Positions 33,450 through 38,394 of a DNA stretch of 38,394 bases are shown in pieces (the stretch's first letter is position 1; each line of letters starts with the position of its first letter). A model generated the notes under the pieces. That model was not told where the DNA came from and ran no database searches. It saw nothing but the letters and a program-made list of their open reading frames with translations. The position numbers and the translations under genes were made by a program. Source of the DNA: a virus (taxonomy: Duplodnaviria; Caudoviricetes); the IMG/VR virus record IMGVR_UViG_3300044976_000003, positions 1 through 38,394 of that record. One strand, given 5' to 3'.

Positions 33450-34103
33450 TTACGGGGTTGCAAACATTGTGATGACGGCATCCGGAGATGGCAGTTGCGG
33501 CTCGCCAACCGTATCGCCATACAGAAGCAATTCCAATGCAGCAAGCTTAGTCACATCAGCCTTAGTCGAATCAATCGTCAGAATCGAGGTCGGCTTATAC
33601 CCAGTAACTGGGCTAGGGGTTGTACTGATCTCCCAGCTAAAGGTGATCGCTTCCGGCGAGTCGTTTACCGTGGCGTAAGCCCTCTCTGACGGAGCAGCCG
33701 TTGCTCCATAAACCAGATGCAGCATATACCCGAGCTCCGGGTCGAGATCGTTTCCAATCTTGGTCCGGTAACTCAATCCGAAGGTCTTCCGGTTCTGCTG
33801 TCCTACAGCCAAACCTGGCTCAGGCATCGCAGTACCATCGCATTGCCCAAATTCTTCGGGGTAAGTAAATGCCTCGATCGTGCCACCGAACTCTTCGGCT
33901 GAAATGAGGTTCAGATACTTGATGTTATCGGCGTAGAGGGCCGTAGGCTCAGCGCCAGAAGGTGACTCCGTAACTGCTGTCAGGCCATTCCATGCGAAAC
34001 CTGTATTGTAAGCGCCACTAGCATCCGGGATGTAGAGAACGCCGTGATCAACACCAGTCTCGTAAAGCCGTTCGCCGACTTGGTCCCACGTAAGAGCTGC
34101 CAT
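33450..34103 (-). CDS. Major tail (tube) protein
   Basis: Position after the tail terminator; YADNIKY, EAFTYP and T.NDSPEAI.FSWE motifs. Confidence 0.85.
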   Translation of the reverse strand: MAALTWDQVGERLYETGVDHGVLYIPDASGAYNTGFAWNGLTAVTESPSGAEPTALYADNIKYLNLISAEEFGGTIEAFTYPEEFGQCDGTAMPEPGLAVGQQNRKTFGLSYRTKIGNDLDPELGYMLHLVYGATAAPSERAYATVNDSPEAITFSWEISTTPSPVTGYKPTSILTIDSTKADVTKLAALELLLYGDTVGEPQLPSPDAVITMFATP

Positions 34104-34115
34104 TATTCTTCCTTT

Positions 34116-34421
34116 CTAAAAGAAGAGAGTAAACACATCATGATTGAGATTATCTGCCGTATAAAAACGATCATATCGGCATAGAGGCAAGCCAGCTATT
34201 TGCAACGGTGTTGCACTATCTGGATTCCGGTCAATAACTGTGACTTGGTATCGTTGCGTATATCGATATGGCGAATTATCAGCATGTTTTATATCAGCTG
34301 AGTCTCGCTTATAGACTATGCAAGGGTATACCATCTGGACGTTATTAGGTGGCTGAAAATACACATTAGGCAAACCAAGAATCGACTCCAGAAGCCCTTG
34401 GAGCTCCAAACGTAGGGCCAT
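34116..34421 (-). CDS. Tail terminator / head-tail joining protein
   Basis: NVYFQPP..YPCIVY motif and position in the module. Confidence 0.75.
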   Translation of the reverse strand: MALRLELQGLLESILGLPNVYFQPPNNVQMVYPCIVYKRDSADIKHADNSPYRYTQRYQVTVIDRNPDSATPLQIAGLPLCRYDRFYTADNLNHDVFTLFF

Positions 34422-34728
34422 TGTAAACACCTCCCAGCCTCAGAGTGAGACGGGGACTCTGCACTTCGACGTCGCTAACCGTCCACAAAGTCCCCGCCCA
34501 TCTGATATAACGAATGGCAAAGAAATGTTCGTTCGCATATGCATCAGCCACAATACTGATAGAGTTTCCGACCGTAAGGTCGTTATTGAGATTCTCTCCT
34601 TCCTGGAGCCGACGAGTATTCCGAATAACATCACCGTGATAGAACTTCTCGATGAGATCATCTTCCCAAACGCCAGGAGATACCTCTACACTCTCACCAT
34701 ATCCGATCTCTCCATAAAACTTTGCCAT
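34366..34728 (-). CDS. Head-tail adaptor/stopper protein
   Basis: Follows the capsid gene; beta-rich, ISIVAD..YI.W.G..W.V..VEV..PRL.L. Confidence 0.7.
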   Translation of the reverse strand: MAKFYGEIGYGESVEVSPGVWEDDLIEKFYHGDVIRNTRRLQEGENLNNDLTVGNSISIVADAYANEHFFAIRYIRWAGTLWTVSDVEVQSPRLTLRLGGVYNGPTFGAPRASGVDSWFA

Positions 34729-34737
34729 GGGTACCCC

Positions 34738-36456
34738 TTACACAGGACGACGCGCAAGAACCTGAGCAGACTTGTACTTGGTGAGCGCCCCGGAAAGCCG
34801 GGTCTCAATCAGGTACTTGTACTGGTTGTAATCGATGTCGAAATCGTCGAACATCGCAACAGAGCCGCCCTTATCCGAGCCAATCGTGTAATCCGAAAGA
34901 TTGACAAAGACAGCCAGAAGCTCACACTCGACAAGACCAGTTGCGACATCAAGAACCGTGACATCTTCCATGACTGGAACTGTAACAATCTTCGAGACGC
35001 GAAGCGCTGCGGCAAGTTCAGCCTCTGTTGCGTAAAGCCGACGGCCCAGAGTATCCTTTAGAACAAGGAACTCGGTGAGGAACCGCTCGGTGCAGTACAT
35101 TGCCGGGTTTCCAGAACCCCGATAGAACTCACGCTGAAGAACGATGGTATCAATGAGGTCATCGCCAACAACATCATTATCGACCAATGTCTGATGCGAG
35201 TAGAACTCATCATCGGAAGCAATTGGACGAACGAATGTCTCCTTGATCTTGTCAGGATCGGCAACATCTCGACCGTCGCCAACAAGAACTGCACGAGCAA
35301 TTTCCTCGTCAAGCATGACCCGCATTTCGGCCTTAAGCCAAGCTACAACATCCAGATCCGTGATATCGATAATATCATCACGGTCCAGTTTCTGCTTCTT
35401 GTAGATGGTCTGAGGCGTAGTAATACGCTCGGTGAGTGCGAAGAACTCTTCCTTCTTCAGAGTTGCCTTCACATATCCCTTGGCCCGAGCCGTATCCAGC
35501 GTGATATCGGCCGACTGCGACTTGATCCGTGAGAATGGCGAGTGACGAGTCCCATTAAGTACGCCAGACACCCACTCCATTCGCCTTGCAACGAACTCGG
35601 GCGAATTGGTGATCGTTTGAGCATCGGGGAAGAGAAGATCAATGTTCTCGATACCATAGGTCACAGCATGTTGGAGGAACGACGCCTTGAAAGAGCCGAG
35701 TCGCTTGGCATCCTCAACGATGGTCTGGAGTTGATCGTGCGTAAGAGTAGGACGGGCCATTGGAGCGGAACCACCATTCTGATCAAAGACGTTACGGGTC
35801 ATTTCAGTACCTTCCTGATGTGTAAGGACATTCTCATCGCTGTCGGATTGTGCGGCTGTACCTTCTTTACCCGCTTCCAAAGCAGCACCTACCATAAAGT
35901 TCATAACTTGCTTCTGCTCTTCTGTCATAGAATCAATGACATCTTGAACTGTCATCTCATCGTCAGCATGTTCGAGTTGTTCCTCGTCTTCCTCCTGATG
36001 CTCCAGAGTAAGACCTGTATAGATTACTGCCTCGTCATCAAGAAATTCTACATCGCCATCAGAATGAGCAACACTGACATTATCAATCACCGCCCCTGGG
36101 TTGGCGCCAGAGAGAACAAGGCTCACCTCACGGATTGCCCCATGAAACACAGACTTGTTCTTTTCGATAAGCTGATTAGCATAGATAGACATAAAGGTAA
36201 TGTCCTTATGCTGAACCAAGGTCTTAGAATTCTGTCCCGCGGACGTGCTGTTGAAGAACCCGTAAGCATAAACACCATCTTCTCGGTGCTCCAGCACAGC
36301 ATGTCCTAGAACGTTTTCCGGAGCGGTATGACCGTGTTGCCACACAAGTGGAACCGTCGTCCCATCCATATGCTTGAAAGCGTCAGGCATAATGGTTCGA
36401 CCATCTGAGCACTTGAGACCAACCTTTGTGGCATAGCCGCTGAAATCTGCTTCCAT
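34738..36456 (-). CDS. Prohead protease - major capsid protein fusion (HK97 fold)
   Basis: FSGYA, PLVWQH and EVSLV..GANP protease motifs; acidic linker; capsid EE.ARA.L.GDG and FD.DYN..KYLIETR. Confidence 0.9.
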   Translation of the reverse strand: MEADFSGYATKVGLKCSDGRTIMPDAFKHMDGTTVPLVWQHGHTAPENVLGHAVLEHREDGVYAYGFFNSTSAGQNSKTLVQHKDITFMSIYANQLIEKNKSVFHGAIREVSLVLSGANPGAVIDNVSVAHSDGDVEFLDDEAVIYTGLTLEHQEEDEEQLEHADDEMTVQDVIDSMTEEQKQVMNFMVGAALEAGKEGTAAQSDSDENVLTHQEGTEMTRNVFDQNGGSAPMARPTLTHDQLQTIVEDAKRLGSFKASFLQHAVTYGIENIDLLFPDAQTITNSPEFVARRMEWVSGVLNGTRHSPFSRIKSQSADITLDTARAKGYVKATLKKEEFFALTERITTPQTIYKKQKLDRDDIIDITDLDVVAWLKAEMRVMLDEEIARAVLVGDGRDVADPDKIKETFVRPIASDDEFYSHQTLVDNDVVGDDLIDTIVLQREFYRGSGNPAMYCTERFLTEFLVLKDTLGRRLYATEAELAAALRVSKIVTVPVMEDVTVLDVATGLVECELLAVFVNLSDYTIGSDKGGSVAMFDDFDIDYNQYKYLIETRLSGALTKYKSAQVLARRPV

Positions 36457-36476
36457 TTTGATTGACTCCTTTCTGG

Positions 36477-37760
36477 TTAATTGCTACTCGGCAAAGCCGC
36501 TTGGTTGTTTGGATTAGATGAACCATTCTTACCTGGCGGAATCAAGACTTTCTGTGTTGCTGGTTGGTTGATTCCTAGATCCTTAACCGGCATGTTGCTA
36601 TTCTGAAGCTTGTCAGCCCGAGGATCTTTGTTCGGGGCGAACCCAATAATCTGACGGATCTCATTCGCAGTAAGAATCTCATTACGAGTGAACTTGTCAG
36701 CGATGTCGGCAACGTTGTTAATCGGAACCAACGCGAATGGGTCCTTCTGGTAGATGATAGACTGATTCTGAGACCGAGCTGTCTTAGTTAGGAACTTACG
36801 TTTGAATTCTCCTGTAATAGCAGTTAGAACAGGATAGACCGTTCGGTTGTTGTAGTTCAACATGGCCTGCTCATCTGCCGTACCGTTCATTACCTCCTCC
36901 GTTAGCCCCAACTGACTGTAAAGAAGCTTCGTAAGATACTCGATCTGTTCCAACAAGGTATTCTCGGCCGGTCGGTTTAGCTGAGTAATCTTCTCAGTAC
37001 CATCCGTGTAAGCGATTCCATACTTGCTACCCTTAAGTTGGAACTCGATGTCCTGGCGTCTCTGTTCGGCCTGTTGTTTCCGAGCTTCAGATTTAATTAC
37101 GTAAGGCAACTGAATAATCAGATCAAGTTTACCAGAACTCGCTGCCTCGTCAAGCGAATCAAGCATGTTGAGCTTCCGAATGATTCGTTGCAACGTTGAG
37201 TTAGGCTCGTTCATAACGGTGTACAGAGGATTCTCAATGATGGCAGTCATCTGCTTCTCAAGAGTAACTTCCTCTCGAATACCAGAAATCTCATTATAGA
37301 GATCTACACGAACATGCCTAGGATACCATTGCACGATCCTACCGACACGAAGCGTCTTGATGTCGTAACTTCCAGAAACTGTCGGATCGAGCGTCGTGTC
37401 CACAGGAACGACTGCAATGACTCCTTGATCAAACATGGATTGAGCCACATCTTGCCTAAAAGCTCGCGCATCTTGGTCGATGTTTGCGCCTACCGTGAGA
37501 CACTCATTCAATCCGCTATCAATAGATTCCAAATATCGATCTTGATCATCCATACGAACGTGCAACATCGCTATCGAGGCCACATCAATGCTAAGCCGAT
37601 TGAAGATCGAGGCGATGATTGTTCGTTCATTAGCCAGATACATCCGGGTTCGGTCAGGACGAGTACCGTAACTGGTACCTAGATCGTACTTGAACGAATC
37701 GTATTGTTTATTATCTGTAAACGCGTTCCACGCATGTCTAAGTCTTGCGCCAAACTTCAC
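36477..37760 (-). CDS. Portal protein
   Basis: 427 aa upstream of the protease-capsid gene; ILT.NEIR...G..P C-terminal motif. Confidence 0.85.
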   Translation of the reverse strand: MKFGARLRHAWNAFTDNKQYDSFKYDLGTSYGTRPDRTRMYLANERTIIASIFNRLSIDVASIAMLHVRMDDQDRYLESIDSGLNECLTVGANIDQDARAFRQDVAQSMFDQGVIAVVPVDTTLDPTVSGSYDIKTLRVGRIVQWYPRHVRVDLYNEISGIREEVTLEKQMTAIIENPLYTVMNEPNSTLQRIIRKLNMLDSLDEAASSGKLDLIIQLPYVIKSEARKQQAEQRRQDIEFQLKGSKYGIAYTDGTEKITQLNRPAENTLLEQIEYLTKLLYSQLGLTEEVMNGTADEQAMLNYNNRTVYPVLTAITGEFKRKFLTKTARSQNQSIIYQKDPFALVPINNVADIADKFTRNEILTANEIRQIIGFAPNKDPRADKLQNSNMPVKDLGINQPATQKVLIPPGKNGSSNPNNQAALPSSN

Positions 37761-37766
37761 TATATG

Positions 37767-38264
37767 TCACCTCCTTCGAATAACCTCTAATGCAGTGCCG
37801 GGCAAATCTGAGACGCGAGTAGAACCGTATGTCTTTATCGTTGCAGACGCATACTTCTGTCCTTCCTTAAGCAGGCCTCCTTCGGAAACAGTCTCCCATT
37901 TGCTCTTGGCGCCTGTTTGCTGGAAACGATCCCACATGTTCTTAGCTTGCCCAGCGTATTTCGATCCAGATGTCTTGAAACTAGGCAAGGAACGAACAGG
38001 AACATTAGCGTGTTTCGCAGTAAGCGAAGCTACGACTGCTGCCCCAATAGCTAACGTAGCAACGCCAGCAACAACCGCGCCACCTTTTGCAGCCTTTCGT
38101 GCTATCCCGCCGCTTCTTGAGACGGCCATTCCCCCAGAACCGACTTCTCGATATAGCGGGTTGGTATCGGAAGGTGGAGCGTTCGCCGAATTGTCAGATT
38201 GTTTCCGCTTACCCCATCGCATTCCTTTAACGCCGAAATGCTCCAAAGATTCGTCATCAAGCAT
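37767..38264 (-). CDS. H(F/Y)GVKGM(R/K)WG-motif protein (DUF7211-like), candidate internal virion protein
   Basis: N-terminal LEHFGVKGMRWG; one hydrophobic helix; located in the head module. Confidence 0.75.
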   Translation of the reverse strand: MLDDESLEHFGVKGMRWGKRKQSDNSANAPPSDTNPLYREVGSGGMAVSRSGGIARKAAKGGAVVAGVATLAIGAAVVASLTAKHANVPVRSLPSFKTSGSKYAGQAKNMWDRFQQTGAKSKWETVSEGGLLKEGQKYASATIKTYGSTRVSDLPGTALEVIRRR

Positions 38265-38282
38265 ATGGACTCCTATTAAAGA

Positions 38283-38393
38283 TCACGCCTCTAGTTCATA
38301 CTCAGGCTGATAACTTTCCAGATCCCGTACTCGAACCCCTCCGGAAACACCTAAAATATTGCGAATCGCAGCACCACCAATAATCAATGCCGC
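38283..38393 (-). CDS. 3' end of a hypothetical protein (truncated by the window)
   Basis: Open frame ..AALIIGGAAIRNILGVSGGVRVRDLESYQPEYELEA-stop. Confidence 0.6.
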   Translation of the reverse strand, partial: AALIIGGAAIRNILGVSGGVRVRDLESYQPEYELEA

Positions 38394-38394
38394 T

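Noticed and set aside
1-38394. Integrase, repressor, terminase or reverse transcriptase
   Set aside because: No matching motifs in the window. The terminase probably lies beyond the right edge, so lifestyle cannot be determined here.

Overview
The window is about 38 kb of a tailed dsDNA siphovirus-type phage genome, with essentially every gene on the minus strand. Gene content resembles the lower-GC actinobacteriophages of the ReqiPepy6/AU/BI/DJ type, but this is recall and was not searched. In transcription order (right to left) it holds: the head module (portal, protease-capsid fusion); the tail module with three major-tail-protein paralogs bracketing a receptor-binding and lysis cassette; tape measure and baseplate genes; an array of small-gene cassettes; a 1240-aa helicase/primase/exonuclease/PolB fusion; a cluster of small possible anti-defence genes; an SF2 helicase with a likely replication origin; and nucleases. 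It ends in a 900-aa protein with the motifs of a single-chain two-barrel (YonO/eukaryotic-RdRP-like, DFDGD) RNA polymerase. The most notable system is that polymerase together with 18 copies of a strictly spaced promoter-like motif (TCGC-N15-TATAATG), recurrent terminator hairpins that make promoter-RBS-ORF-terminator cassettes, and two promoter-driven cassettes that contain structured RNAs instead of ORFs. The polymerase also carries an N-terminal LxH-(Y/F)G...WG tag shared with a head-module protein, suggesting it is packaged in the virion. All calls come from motifs read by eye; no searches were run.
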